Shown: positions 1 through 9,543, counted from the first letter of the stretch. The stretch is DNA of 64,000 nucleotides from Thermoproteota archaeon (GCA_027491395.1 JAOZFI010000043.1:1-64000), one strand, 5' to 3'. Notes: generated from the sequence alone by a model not told the origin. Program-made: numbers and translations.

Positions 1-370
1 GAAGTTTCGCGCCTGCTGCGCCCCGTAGGGCCTAGGCCCTTGTCTCAGTGCCCATCTCCGGGCTCCGGCTCCCACCGCCCGCACCCGTCTTAGGCTAGGT
101 GGGCCGTTACCCCACCTACTACCTGATGGGCCACGGTCCCATCCTGGGGCCTCAGCGGGGCCATTCCCCCGCCTACTTTGGGGGTGGACCCATTCCAGGA
201 ATCCACCCCTATCCGGGATTAGCCTCAGTTTCCCGAGGTTATCCCGGTCCCCAGGGCAGGTTGACCGTGTATTACTGAGCCGTGCGCCGCCAGGGGCAAG
301 GGCCCCCAGCCGACTCGCATGGCTTAGTCCGAGCCCGATAGGGGTCCCCTCCGGCAGGATCAACCGGTCT
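1..370 (-). rRNA. rrs: 16S rRNA, 5' part (runs off the window start)
   Basis: Reverse complement begins ..CCGGTTGATCCTGCCGG..CTAAGCCATGCGAGTC and later has ACTGAGACAAGGGCCTAGGCCCTACGGGGCGCAGCAGGCGCGAAAC, archaeal 16S signatures; exact 5' end +/-3 nt. Confidence 0.97.
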
Positions 371-604
371 CGCATACGGCCGCAAGGCCTCCCAAAACCG
401 CCACCCACCATTCGTGGGGACATCCGGACTCTCTTGAGCACGAGGGGTCTGGCGTTTCCTCGTGCTCACATGACCGTACCTAACGTACGCATACTGTCGC
501 CACGGTCGGAAAGACGATCCCTCACCCGATCGGGGTTTCCCCCTTCATCTCCTCGGGACCGCCACCGGGTCAACCGTGGCCAATCAGATTAGTGGTCACG
601 TAGC

Positions 605-612
605 TATATAAA
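605..612 (-). promoter_or_regulatory. TATA box of the rRNA promoter
   Basis: TTTATATA on the minus strand, about 235 nt upstream of mature 16S and just past the argF stop. Confidence 0.6.
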
Positions 613-628
613 GTTGACTGAGAAAGAT

Positions 629-1561
629 TTATATGAGGAGAGCCTCCAGCACAGCTTTCGCCGTGTGAAGCCTGTTCTCCGCCTGCTCAAACGCTATGGA
701 ATGGGACCCGTAGGCGACTTCCTCGGTTATCTCCTGTCCCAAGAACCAAGGCTGGCAATGCATCACCTTCACGTGAGGAGCAGCGTGGCTCAGAAGCTGG
801 GAGTTCACCTGATAGGGCGGGAATACCTCCTTCCTCCTCTCTATGTCCTCCACACCCATGGAAAACCACGTGTCCGTGTAGATTACATCGGCTCCCTTGA
901 CAGCCTCGATGGGGTCCTCCATCACCCTCAATGTGCCTCCCGTTTCCTCCATGATCTCCTCGACCTTGGACACTATGTCCTTGTCGGGCCAGTATTCCTG
1001 AGGCGCTCCCACGACGTAGTCGTATCCTACTAGAGCGGAGGCTATCATGAGGCTGTGGTTCGTGTTAGCAGCCCCGTCCCCTAGGAAAACGACCTTCAGC
1101 TTCCTATCCCCGAAAAACTCAATCATGGTGAAAACGTCGGTAAGGGCTTGGAGAGGATGGAACTTATCGCTCAGCATGTTGATCACTGGTACATCGGCCC
1201 ACCTAGCGAGTTCCTCGAGGGTGGAGTGGGATTTCACCCTAGCAGCTATCGCATTGACGAACCTGCTCAACACCTGAGCCGTGTCCCTCAACGTTTCTCC
1301 CCTGGATACCTGAAGACTCGTTGTGGGGAGCTCTAGGAACACGCCCCCTAGGTCGAATGTAGCTACAGACATGGAGACCCTAGTCCTAGTAGACGGCTTC
1401 TCGAAGATGCCAGCGACGTACTTGCCCTTCAGGGAATCTCCTCTCGTCAGACCCCACTTGTGCTCTCCGGACCTGACGATGAACGCCTTGAGTTCTAGTG
1501 GCGTGAAATCCAGAAGAGTTAGGAAGTCCCTCCCCTTGAGCCTTCTCAGCACCGAGGCCAT
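629..1561 (-). CDS. argF: Ornithine carbamoyltransferase
   Basis: FEKPSTRTRVS carbamoyl-phosphate motif, HPLQAL, YTDTWFSMG, HCQP, QAENRLH. Confidence 0.95.
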   Translation of the reverse strand: MASVLRRLKGRDFLTLLDFTPLELKAFIVRSGEHKWGLTRGDSLKGKYVAGIFEKPSTRTRVSMSVATFDLGGVFLELPTTSLQVSRGETLRDTAQVLSRFVNAIAARVKSHSTLEELARWADVPVINMLSDKFHPLQALTDVFTMIEFFGDRKLKVVFLGDGAANTNHSLMIASALVGYDYVVGAPQEYWPDKDIVSKVEEIMEETGGTLRVMEDPIEAVKGADVIYTDTWFSMGVEDIERRKEVFPPYQVNSQLLSHAAPHVKVMHCQPWFLGQEITEEVAYGSHSIAFEQAENRLHTAKAVLEALLI

Positions 1562-1583
1562 TGATTAACACCGGGATAAGAGG

Positions 1584-2456
1584 TCATGTGAGGATATAAT
1601 CTATTGCCTCCTCTGGGTCGAAATCCCTTACGTCCTCGAAGGACTGACCGATCCCTAAGAAGAGCACGGGCTTTCCGGAGTGGAGAGAAGCAACAAGCGG
1701 GGTGGTTAGGCCCGAGCCATCTACCTTGGTGACCACTAGGGCATCAATACCAACAGCCTCCTCAAAGGAATCGCACTGATTGAGGACATCATTCCCCGCC
1801 ATGCCATCCACCACCAGGACCCTGAGGTCCGGTTGAACGACCCTCACCACTTTCCTCAATTCCTCCGTGAGGTTCTTGTTCAGGTAGTTCCTCCCGGCCG
1901 TGTCGATGAGGACGAACTCGTACCCCTTGGAGGAGGCCATATTGACACCGTCGTACGCGACAGCCGCGGGGTCGGCACCCCTCGGACCCTTGAACATTGG
2001 AACGCCGGCGGATCTGCAGTAACCCTCGAGCTGATCGCCCGCTGCAGCCCTGTAAGTATCAGCCGAGACGACAAGGACCCTCTTCCCCTTACTCTGCAGG
2101 TATTTGGCCATCTTGACAATGCTTAGGGATTTCCCTACACCGTTGAACCCGAAGAACACGACCTTGTAGAGTCCTTTGGCCCCGATAACATCGTCCAATC
2201 TCATCTGAGGGGGAAGCAGCCCTCTTATCGCTGATTTGATCGCGTCCCTCACGATTCTCTTTGGATCTCCCTTGGTCTCCACTCCATCCAGCTTCTTGGC
2301 CACTTCCTCCCTGAGGCTGTCCACTAGGGAGGAGGGAACCCCTTGGGCCACCAGCTCCAGCTCTAAGGAGTCAAATACCCTGAAGACATCCCTCTTACCC
2401 CACTTCTTCCTCACAATTCCTCTGGAGGTCAATTCGTCTACGAGTCTACCTAGCAC
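1584..2456 (-). CDS. ftsY: SRP receptor FtsY (divergent motifs)
   Basis: GFNGVGKS P-loop, DTYRAAA, DTAGR, TKVD, GIGQ; usual position after prefoldin alpha. Confidence 0.9.
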   Translation of the reverse strand: MLGRLVDELTSRGIVRKKWGKRDVFRVFDSLELELVAQGVPSSLVDSLREEVAKKLDGVETKGDPKRIVRDAIKSAIRGLLPPQMRLDDVIGAKGLYKVVFFGFNGVGKSLSIVKMAKYLQSKGKRVLVVSADTYRAAAGDQLEGYCRSAGVPMFKGPRGADPAAVAYDGVNMASSKGYEFVLIDTAGRNYLNKNLTEELRKVVRVVQPDLRVLVVDGMAGNDVLNQCDSFEEAVGIDALVVTKVDGSGLTTPLVASLHSGKPVLFLGIGQSFEDVRDFDPEEAIDYILT

Positions 2457-2856
2457 GTCTCGAGGTCCCCCCCCTCTGTAGGTTCTCTATCTCGAGCTGG
2501 ACCTTAGTGAGGTTTATGCCAACTTCCTGAAGGCCTTTGTTTAACTCCTCCAGCCTCTCCTGGGCCTGCTTCAATGCATCCTCGGGTCCCATCTTAGCAT
2601 ATATGTTGCCACCCATGAGGACGAGCGTCTCCTTGACCTTGACCCCATCAACTAGGAGGGACAGGAAGGAAGATACAGGGATTATCAAAGGGCCAACTTC
2701 TTCCTCCTGTGCCTTATTAAGGACCTTTAGAGTCTCTATTGTCCTCTCTAAGTCTGTCTTGAGAAGGTTCAACCTGTTGTACTCGTCTAGCAGGTATCTG
2801 TAGAGCGTTTGGAGGAAGTTCAGGTCGGCAGCTCTCTCTTGGCTCAATCTTCGCAC
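2446..2856 (-). CDS. pfdA: Prefoldin alpha subunit
   Basis: Coiled coil - beta hairpins (LIIPV..LVLMGGNIY) - coiled coil; conserved eIF6-pfdA-ftsY order. Confidence 0.85.
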   Translation of the reverse strand: MRRLSQERAADLNFLQTLYRYLLDEYNRLNLLKTDLERTIETLKVLNKAQEEEVGPLIIPVSSFLSLLVDGVKVKETLVLMGGNIYAKMGPEDALKQAQERLEELNKGLQEVGINLTKVQLEIENLQRGGTSRRAR

Positions 2857-2869
2857 CTCACTGATAGGC

Positions 2870-3541
2870 TCATGGTTCTATATTAAGAGCTTCCGCCAGA
2901 TTTTCTATTTCCATAGGGGTTGTGGGGTAGCCAACTAGGGCACCGGAGTCGCTGGCCACCAGCCCCAGCCTGATATAACCAACGCCATCATTGACGGTGC
3001 CCCTAAAGCACTCCACGCCTAGGATCTCGGAGGCGCCCCTCAGCTCGGCATCATCGGCGGAGGGGGAGATCAGGCATCCCTTGTTATTGGCCACCACTAG
3101 AGAGCCAACCACGGGGACACCGCCTATCCTCCCCTTGATCGCCTTGACTCCGAGGAACTTGCTTATGAGATCCACCTCGTCGTCCGTGAAGAGGGGGTGC
3201 ACCAAAGCCCCATAATCGTTCGCCGCTATATCATTTCCCAAGGCAGTCAGTCTGGCAGAGGGAAGCACATGAACTTCCAGATCCAACTTCTCCATGAGGT
3301 ATCTGATTTCGCCCTCTGATGCTATGGGAGGGACCAGCAGAGATTTGCTGTTTCCAGTCAAGAAGATGCCCAACATCCTACTATCATAAATCGAGGCCTC
3401 AACTACCTTCAGACCTATCTCCTCTACCTCCTCACCAATCACCTGCGAGGCGTTGGGCGGGGCCAGCAGGTAGGGACCCACCGCCCTCAAATAGACCCCT
3501 AAATTGTAGCTGCCGAATACCTTTATCCTAAAAACCACCAT
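2870..3541 (-). CDS. eif6: Translation initiation factor 6
   Basis: ALGNDIAANDYGALVHP, VGSLVVANNKG, GTVNDG pentein repeats. Confidence 0.95.
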   Translation of the reverse strand: MVVFRIKVFGSYNLGVYLRAVGPYLLAPPNASQVIGEEVEEIGLKVVEASIYDSRMLGIFLTGNSKSLLVPPIASEGEIRYLMEKLDLEVHVLPSARLTALGNDIAANDYGALVHPLFTDDEVDLISKFLGVKAIKGRIGGVPVVGSLVVANNKGCLISPSADDAELRGASEILGVECFRGTVNDGVGYIRLGLVASDSGALVGYPTTPMEIENLAEALNIEP

Positions 3542-3549
3542 CTATATCC

Positions 3550-3822
3550 CTAAGCCGGCCATATGACTGCTGTCTTCTCATCCTCGTCCAATACCACGCG
3601 CACTCTCACTTTACCGGGTGGATTCCCAGCTCCTCTGGACCACAGTAGCTCGTTCAACTCCGGTCTGACCTTTATCTCGTATTCTTCAGGGATCTTCGCA
3701 TGCCTCCTGACGAAGGCCCTGATGAACTTCACGGCCCTCGCCGCTCTCTTCTTGGGAGGGTACTTCGCCCTTATGATGATCCCCATATTTATGTTGAAGG
3801 CCACTTCCTTCACCTCAGCCAC
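3550..3822 (-). CDS. rpl31e: 50S ribosomal protein L31e
   Basis: KRAARAVKFIRAFVRRH, LNELLWSRG..PP.KVRV. Confidence 0.95.
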   Translation of the reverse strand: MAEVKEVAFNINMGIIIRAKYPPKKRAARAVKFIRAFVRRHAKIPEEYEIKVRPELNELLWSRGAGNPPGKVRVRVVLDEDEKTAVIWPA

Positions 3823-3833
3823 AGAAGATCACC

Positions 3834-3986
3834 TCACAGTTGGAGCCTGCTCCTCCTCCAGTTCCTGAGGGGTCTGGCCCTGACCTTCCTGTTAGTCCTC
3901 GCGTAGACCCAGGCAGGGACTCTCCTATTACTCTTAAGGGCCCTAGCATATCTCAGCTTACTCCCCAGAGGCCTGTGAGTTGCCAT
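3834..3986 (-). CDS. rpl39e: 50S ribosomal protein L39e (not in ORF track)
   Basis: Manual translation MATHRPLGSKLRYARALKSNRRVPAWVYARTNRKVRARPLRNWRRSRLQL; canonical position before rpl31e. Confidence 0.95.
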   Translation of the reverse strand: MATHRPLGSKLRYARALKSNRRVPAWVYARTNRKVRARPLRNWRRSRLQL

Positions 3987-4002
3987 AGTTATCACCCTAC
4001 AC

Positions 4003-4329
4003 TCACACTATCCTTATGTTGAAGTCCCTCTTGGCCCTCTCCGATAGCTGGGCCAGCAGGGCCTTCAATTCATCGTCGGTCAGTCTCCTAGCTAGTCGAC
4101 CGGCGGTATAAAGTTGAACCAAATATAACTTTACCTCATTGGCTAGGTCGGGTTTAACTAGTTCCACCCTCTTGAGCCTCTGCCAAGCCTCATTGGTCAG
4201 GAGCTGCTTGACGAGTGCATCTATCTTCTGGAGTTCCTTGGCTACTTCCTCCTCTTTACTCTGCTTAGCCGCCATCTCGGCCATCAGCTTCTCCTGTATC
4301 TCCTTAAGCGCTCTATCCTCGGCACTCAT
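4003..4329 (-). CDS. PDCD5-like DNA-binding protein
   Basis: LLTNEAWQRLKRVELVKPDLA..LTDDELKALL; conserved neighbour of rps19e. Confidence 0.9.
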   Translation of the reverse strand: MSAEDRALKEIQEKLMAEMAAKQSKEEEVAKELQKIDALVKQLLTNEAWQRLKRVELVKPDLANEVKLYLVQLYTAGRLARRLTDDELKALLAQLSERAKRDFNIRIV

Positions 4330-4793
4330 GGCGCTTCCACCTTCCCTGGGATTAACTCCATCTCCTTGATTATTCCAGCGGCTACCTTATCCAAGAGGGA
4401 GACTCCCTTAGGTGTGATCCTCCTGCCCCTCCTTTCCACCTTTTCCACTAGACCAGCGGCCTCCAGTTGCTGGAGGATAAGCCGTATCACGTGTCCGCTT
4501 CCCTTAACGAACCTCTCTGGTCTTACCCCCCTATCTTTCCTGCCACCATACTTTGTTCTGAGCCTCTCTACACCGACAGGCCTCCCTCCTCTCATGTAAA
4601 GGGTTCTTAGTATGGAGGCAGCCCTGATGTACCACCAGTCCTCTTGAGCAGGAGGTCTCTCCTTGTGCATCCCTGTTTTAGTGTAGAAAGCCCACTCAGG
4701 TGGCTTTATCGATTCGAACCTCTTAAGCTCCTCCTTGAGGTGATCTATCAGCAGGTCAGCCCGTACATCCCTAGCTGTAGGCAAGCTCCTCAC
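4326..4793 (-). CDS. rps19e: 30S ribosomal protein S19e
   Basis: PPEWAFYTKTG, WWYIRAASILR, YGGRKDRG. Confidence 0.97.
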   Translation of the reverse strand: MRSLPTARDVRADLLIDHLKEELKRFESIKPPEWAFYTKTGMHKERPPAQEDWWYIRAASILRTLYMRGGRPVGVERLRTKYGGRKDRGVRPERFVKGSGHVIRLILQQLEAAGLVEKVERRGRRITPKGVSLLDKVAAGIIKEMELIPGKVEAP

Positions 4794-4894
4794 CTTTTTT
4801 CTTCATTAGACCTTCAACAAGCTACTGCAGCCGTGGCATATAAAACCATTAGGGAAGTTGAGGCCTACCAAGGTGTCCTCACATGGTCCCCTAC

Positions 4895-5245
4895 TCAACG
4901 AGATGCTACTCTCCTGATCCTCTTCTCCCTTAAATAGGGAATTCTCCTCATCTCGCCGCATAACCGGCATCTGATCACTAGGTGAGGGAGCCTACGATCT
5001 CTCGTCCTGACGTCGGCGTTTATTCCAGGATAAAGGAAGGATCCGCATCCCTTGCAGTACCTCCACCTCCATTGCTCGGGTATCCTCACTTTTGTTCTTA
5101 GAGCCAACCTTCTAGCCAGCTCTCCATACCGGAGTCCGAGTTCAGGTTCGCTAGGGTATACCTCATCGGCCAACTTGAGCAACCTCACTATCCTTTGCAT
5201 AGCAAGGTCCTTCTCCCTCTTCTTGGCCTTCCTCCTCATTCCCAT
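4895..5245 (-). CDS. rnp4: RNase P protein subunit Rpp21
   Basis: AMQRIVRL helix, CKGC..PG..CRLCG zinc ribbon, RRIPY. Confidence 0.9.
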   Translation of the reverse strand: MGMRRKAKKREKDLAMQRIVRLLKLADEVYPSEPELGLRYGELARRLALRTKVRIPEQWRWRYCKGCGSFLYPGINADVRTRDRRLPHLVIRCRLCGEMRRIPYLREKRIRRVASR

Positions 5246-5895
5246 ACCTCCAAGTAGTAAAGGTAGGTAAGAATCATGGAGAGAGCCGTTGAAGAGGACA
5301 GTACCCCCCTATATAGGCTGAATATGCTTTTGGCGAGTGATATAACCTCATCAGAGAAGGATCCTTTGGGGAACCCGCCAACCATTATCGATATGTCCTC
5401 CCTCCTCGCTAAGTCCCTAAAGTAGGCTAAGGGATCCCTAAACTCACCACTTTCCTCTAGGAGTATTGCTTGGTCACCTATCAAGTCCCTTAATCTCTCG
5501 TTCACCTCCCATATAAGTGGTTCATCCTCGCTCGGGCCCACCCATCCCTCGTTGAGCAGCTTACTCATCAAACCGAGGAACCTTATGTAGTTGCGAGGTG
5601 GCTTGACCTCCTTGGAGAGGCGGAATATCCTACCATCCAAGGTATGCACGTAGAACTCGATGTGTCCCATAAGGAAGAGGGGATGATCAGTTACGGAAAG
5701 CACAGATCTATGGACTATATCCGGTCTACCCTCCTTTGGCCCCATGTCGACTCTAGCTTGGGGAGGCAGGGCTTGGATGTCCAAGACGTCGTAGAACTTC
5801 CCATACACTTTGGTATATGACCTCTTTATCCTATCATTCTTTAACTTTTCCGAGATTTTTGTTAAAGATGATTCCACTAAGAATACCCTGACCAT
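5236..5895 (-). CDS. nep1: 16S rRNA pseudouridine N1-methyltransferase Nep1/Emg1
   Basis: GRPDIVH, PRNYIRFLGLM, VGGFPKG; start moved to ATG 5895. Confidence 0.9.
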   Translation of the reverse strand: MVRVFLVESSLTKISEKLKNDRIKRSYTKVYGKFYDVLDIQALPPQARVDMGPKEGRPDIVHRSVLSVTDHPLFLMGHIEFYVHTLDGRIFRLSKEVKPPRNYIRFLGLMSKLLNEGWVGPSEDEPLIWEVNERLRDLIGDQAILLEESGEFRDPLAYFRDLARREDISIMVGGFPKGSFSDEVISLAKSIFSLYRGVLSSSTALSMILTYLYYLEVWE

Positions 5896-5948
5896 CTCCC
5901 TTCTCAGGGAATTAATGCTTAAATACACGATCGCTGGCTATAGAGCTG

Positions 5949-6025
5949 GCGGCCGTAGTCTAGCCTGGACAGGATGGGGGCCTGCCACGCCCCAGACCCG
6001 GGTTCAAATCCCGGCGGCCGCACCA
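5949..6025 (+). tRNA. tRNA-Gly(GCC)
   Basis: GCGGCCG acceptor stem, loop CT-GCC-AC, GTTCAAATC T-loop, encoded CCA. Confidence 0.95.
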
Positions 6026-6031
6026 CTACTT

Positions 6032-6107
6032 GCCGGGGTGAGGTAGCCTGGTAACCTGGGGGCCTGTGGAGCCCTTAACCCGGGTTCAAATCCCGGCCCC
6101 GGCCCCA
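6032..6107 (+). tRNA. tRNA-His(GTG)
   Basis: GCCGGGG/CCCCGGC stem, loop CT-GTG-GA, C73, encoded CCA. Confidence 0.95.
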
Positions 6108-6193
6108 TCTGACTGCCCGCTGATCGGTCGACTGGCCCTGTATGATGCGGTTATCGACATATGGAGGTAGGACTCTTCTCAAGGAGTTAAGGT

Positions 6194-6269
6194 TGGTGGA
6201 CCCGCCGGGACTCGAACCCGGGACCTCCGGCTTGCAAAGCCGGCGCTCTACCATCTGAGCTACGGGCCC
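6194..6269 (-). tRNA. tRNA-Ala(TGC)
   Basis: GGGCCCG..TT-TGC-AA..CGGGTCCACCA, G3:U70. Confidence 0.95.
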
Positions 6270-6449
6270 AATCGTAGGGAGCCACTGAAGGTTTAATAAA
6301 CATTGTCCCACATGCGACCGGAACCATCTCCGGCTAGGCGCTCAATTCAATCAATCGCATGGAAGCGCATCGTCGAACCATATGCCTTACTTTAAATAGG
6401 GAATTGACACCATCCTAAGAGAGAAATAGGAGCGAGAAGGGGATGTGTA

Positions 6450-7655
6450 TTGAAGTCCATAGTGAGATCTGCTACACGCAGAGTTGAGGAGGAGGTAAGG
6501 GAGATCCCCCAAAAGGTCTCCCCAGAAGATTCTGCTCTGAAGGACTTCGTGGAGAGGGTTAAAGCTAGGATAGTAATAATGGGCGTGGGCGGGGCCGGGA
6601 GCAATACTATCACCAGACTGAACGCGATAGGTGTCGATTCCGTTGAGACGGTGGCCGCTAACACAGACGCCCAGCACCTCCTGACCACGATTGCCGATAG
6701 GAAATTCCTCCTAGGTAAAGAGCTATGTGGCGGGAACGGATCAGGTGGTGACCCACATATAGGTGAAGAGGCCGCTAGGGAGAGCATGGAGGAGCTGGAG
6801 CAGTTCCTCAGGGGCACCGACGTACTCTTCATAATGGCCGGACTGGGAGGAGGGACCGGCACAGGCGCCTCCCCTGTGATAGCTGAGGTCGGGAAGAGAG
6901 TAGGAGCCGTGGTGGTTTCCGTCGTTACACTACCATTCTCGGCAGAAGGAACCAAGAAGAAGGAGATAGCCATGAAGGGGCTTGCCAAACTGGCGGAATC
7001 CTCAGACACGATAGTGGTGGTTAACAACGACAGGATATTGGATATAGCAAAGGAGCTCCCTCTACATCAGGCGTTCTTCATCTCGGACGAAATCGTAGCT
7101 AGGGCCGTCAAGGGCATGGTCGAGCTTGTGATGAAGCCCGGTCTGATAAACGTAGACTTGGCCGACCTCAGGAATGTCTTGGAGAACGGGGGTCCGGCGG
7201 TTCTCTCATTTGGAGAGAGCGATGGGGAGAACAGAGCAATAGAGGCCGTTGAGGATGCTCTAGGCAACCCCCTACTCGAGGCTGATATCTCGGGTGGCAA
7301 AGCGGCCATCATAAACATCACTTCGGGGCCGGACTTCTCCCTCGAGGAGATGGAACAGATCGTGGAGACCATAGTGGGATCCTTGGACCCGACAGCCAAC
7401 GTCATATGGGGAGCTAGGATAGACGAGTCCCTAAAGGGAGTGGTCCAAGTCCTCTTGGTGGTCACCGGAGTAGCATCTCCCAGTGTTGAGGCTGCCCTCC
7501 AAGGTGAGATCACCGAGGCGACCACTGAGAGGGCCACTAGGGTAAGAGCAGAGAGACCCACGGCCCCGAGGAGAGTGGTCTCCGATAGGAGGACTGTACC
7601 TCTAGCCAGAGAGGTAAGGGGACCGGAAAGGGACTTAGGTCTGGATGAGTTGTGA
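6450..7655 (+). CDS. ftsZ1: Cell division protein FtsZ1
   Basis: GVGGAGSN, NTDAQHL, GGGTGTG, NVDLAD; canonical ftsZ1-secE-spt5-rpl11 order. Confidence 0.95.
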   Translation: MKSIVRSATRRVEEEVREIPQKVSPEDSALKDFVERVKARIVIMGVGGAGSNTITRLNAIGVDSVETVAANTDAQHLLTTIADRKFLLGKELCGGNGSGGDPHIGEEAARESMEELEQFLRGTDVLFIMAGLGGGTGTGASPVIAEVGKRVGAVVVSVVTLPFSAEGTKKKEIAMKGLAKLAESSDTIVVVNNDRILDIAKELPLHQAFFISDEIVARAVKGMVELVMKPGLINVDLADLRNVLENGGPAVLSFGESDGENRAIEAVEDALGNPLLEADISGGKAAIINITSGPDFSLEEMEQIVETIVGSLDPTANVIWGARIDESLKGVVQVLLVVTGVASPSVEAALQGEITEATTERATRVRAERPTAPRRVVSDRRTVPLAREVRGPERDLGLDEL

Positions 7656-7666
7656 GGGGATGTCCC

Positions 7667-7876
7667 ATGCCCAGAAAGAAGGATCAGAGAGGTAAGCAGC
7701 CCACCAAGAGCAGATCTGGACTGTGGGATTACATAGTCCAGACGCTCAAGGTCGCGGAGAAACCGAGCTGGGAAGAGGTGTGGAGCACATTCAAGGTGAC
7801 TGTGACGGGCTTCCTGATAGTCGGTGTGATAGGCTTCCTGTTCCAGCTGACGGCGCTCTACCTAGTGGGTGGCTAG
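7667..7876 (+). CDS. secE: Protein translocase SecE/Sec61-gamma
   Basis: LKVAEKPSWEE followed by one TM helix; position. Confidence 0.9.
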   Translation: MPRKKDQRGKQPTKSRSGLWDYIVQTLKVAEKPSWEEVWSTFKVTVTGFLIVGVIGFLFQLTALYLVGG

Positions 7877-7877
7877 G

Positions 7878-8378
7878 ATGGAGAGCCAACAATCTCAAGC
7901 ACTCTTTTTTCCAGTCAGAATAGTTTCAGGAAAGGAAATAAATGTAATACGCCTGCTTATGGCGAGGGCATCCTCCACGGGAGCCAAGGTAAAGTCCATT
8001 CTCTTCATACCGAAGTTCAAGGGGTATCTGTTCATCGAGTCAGACAGGGAGTACGAGGTTAGGAGGCTAATTAGGGGTCTTACCAAGGTTAAACTCGCAT
8101 CAACGAGCCCCATTCCACTCCAAGAGATAGAAAACTTGATTGCCTCCGAAACGGCTGCTATAGAGATAGAGCCCGGGGATATAGTGAAGATTATTAAAGG
8201 GAATTTCAAAGGCTACAGGGCCGTCGTGCTCTCGGTCCCTGAGGGTGGCAGGGGCAAGATGCTCACCCTGAAGTTGTTGGACATAGACAGGGACTGGGAG
8301 ATAAAAATGCCCCTAACAAACGTGAAACTGATAGAGAAGAAGGGAGAAGAGGCCGAGGGAGGTGCTCAAAGTGCCTAA
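7878..8378 (+). CDS. spt5: Transcription elongation factor Spt5
   Basis: NGN domain (GKE..KGYLFIE) plus KOW ([14 protein letters not shown]). Confidence 0.92.
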   Translation: MESQQSQALFFPVRIVSGKEINVIRLLMARASSTGAKVKSILFIPKFKGYLFIESDREYEVRRLIRGLTKVKLASTSPIPLQEIENLIASETAAIEIEPGDIVKIIKGNFKGYRAVVLSVPEGGRGKMLTLKLLDIDRDWEIKMPLTNVKLIEKKGEEAEGGAQSA

Positions 8379-8853
8379 GAAGGTAGTTAAGGTTATGATA
8401 GAGGGTGGGAAGGCCACACCCGGTCCTCCGCTGGGTCCTGCGCTGGGAGGCTTGGGTCTCAACATGGGACTCGTGGTCAAGGAGATAAACGATAAGACCA
8501 AGGAGTACGCTGGCATGAAGGTTCCGGTGGAGATAGAGATCGACCTAGAGACTAAGGAGTTCGAAGTCAGGGTAGGAACCCCCCCTACCTCCATGCTCAT
8601 CCTCAGGGAATTGGGAGCGGAGAAGGGATCTTCCGATCCGGGATCCAAGAGGATTGGAGACCTCAAGATGGAACAGGTGGTTAAAATAGCCAAGACCAAG
8701 CTAGAGAACGCTAATACGAAGGATCTCAAAAAAGTGGTGAAGCAGATATTGGGGACGGCTCTATCTATGGGCGTGACCGTGGAAGGTAAGGACCCCCGTG
8801 AGATTCAGAGAGAAATAGATTCTGGAGTCTGGGATGAGGTAGTAGGTGGTTGA
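8371..8853 (+). CDS. rpl11: 50S ribosomal protein L11
   Basis: [22 protein letters not shown]. Confidence 0.97.
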   Translation: MPKKVVKVMIEGGKATPGPPLGPALGGLGLNMGLVVKEINDKTKEYAGMKVPVEIEIDLETKEFEVRVGTPPTSMLILRELGAEKGSSDPGSKRIGDLKMEQVVKIAKTKLENANTKDLKKVVKQILGTALSMGVTVEGKDPREIQREIDSGVWDEVVGG

Positions 8854-8854
8854 G

Positions 8855-9538
8855 ATGTCTCAGATGTTGGTTGAAGACGAGGTGTTGAAGGTAATCTCTG
8901 AGATGCTCGAGAAAAGTCCTAAGAGGAGGTTCACCGAGGCTGTTGATGTGGTGGTCCTCCTCAAGGGCATAGATCTCAAGAGGGATCCAAATGCGAAGAT
9001 AAACGAGATAGTAGAGTTGCCTCATCCGCCGAAGAACAGGCCCATCAAGGTAGCTGTGATAGGAAGAGGGGAGTTCGCAGTCAAGGCCAAGGAGGCCGGA
9101 GCAGATAGGGTAATCGAGCCAGAGGAGATAGAGGCGCTGGCAGGTAACAAGAGGGCACTGAAAAAGCTAGCAAATGAGTACGACTTCTTCATAGCCCAAG
9201 CCGACATCCTACCTAGGATAGTCAGGTACATAGGTCCTGTCTTCGGTCCTAGAAACAAGATGCCGGTGAATCTTCCAGCAGCGGCGGTATCTCAGCTACC
9301 TGCCATGATAGAGAAGTTGAGGAGGTCTGTGAGGATAAGGATGAAGGACCAGCCCGTGGTTCATGTGAAGGTGGGATCTAGGAACATGACTCCCGAGGAA
9401 CTACTGGATAACATAAAGGCGGTACTATCCGTGATAGAGAGGAAGTACGAGGATCCCTCCAAGATAGCCAAGGTGTACGTGAAGACGACGATGGGTCCCG
9501 CGTACGAGCTCCCGATATCCTACACTAAGAGGAGGTGA
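8855..9538 (+). CDS. rpl1: 50S ribosomal protein L1
   Basis: RRFTEAVD, GPRNKMP, VKTTMGP. Confidence 0.97.
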   Translation: MSQMLVEDEVLKVISEMLEKSPKRRFTEAVDVVVLLKGIDLKRDPNAKINEIVELPHPPKNRPIKVAVIGRGEFAVKAKEAGADRVIEPEEIEALAGNKRALKKLANEYDFFIAQADILPRIVRYIGPVFGPRNKMPVNLPAAAVSQLPAMIEKLRRSVRIRMKDQPVVHVKVGSRNMTPEELLDNIKAVLSVIERKYEDPSKIAKVYVKTTMGPAYELPISYTKRR

Positions 9539-9543
9539 TTCTC

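Noticed and set aside
272-469. 65-aa ORF
   Set aside because: Lies in the 16S rRNA and its leader
5810-6311. ORFs 5810-6046 and 6075-6311
   Set aside because: Translations of tRNA genes
6392-7561. Long antisense ORFs opposite ftsZ1, and similar ones opposite ftsZ2, rtcB and the CBS genes
   Set aside because: Shadow frames of well-conserved genes with no motifs
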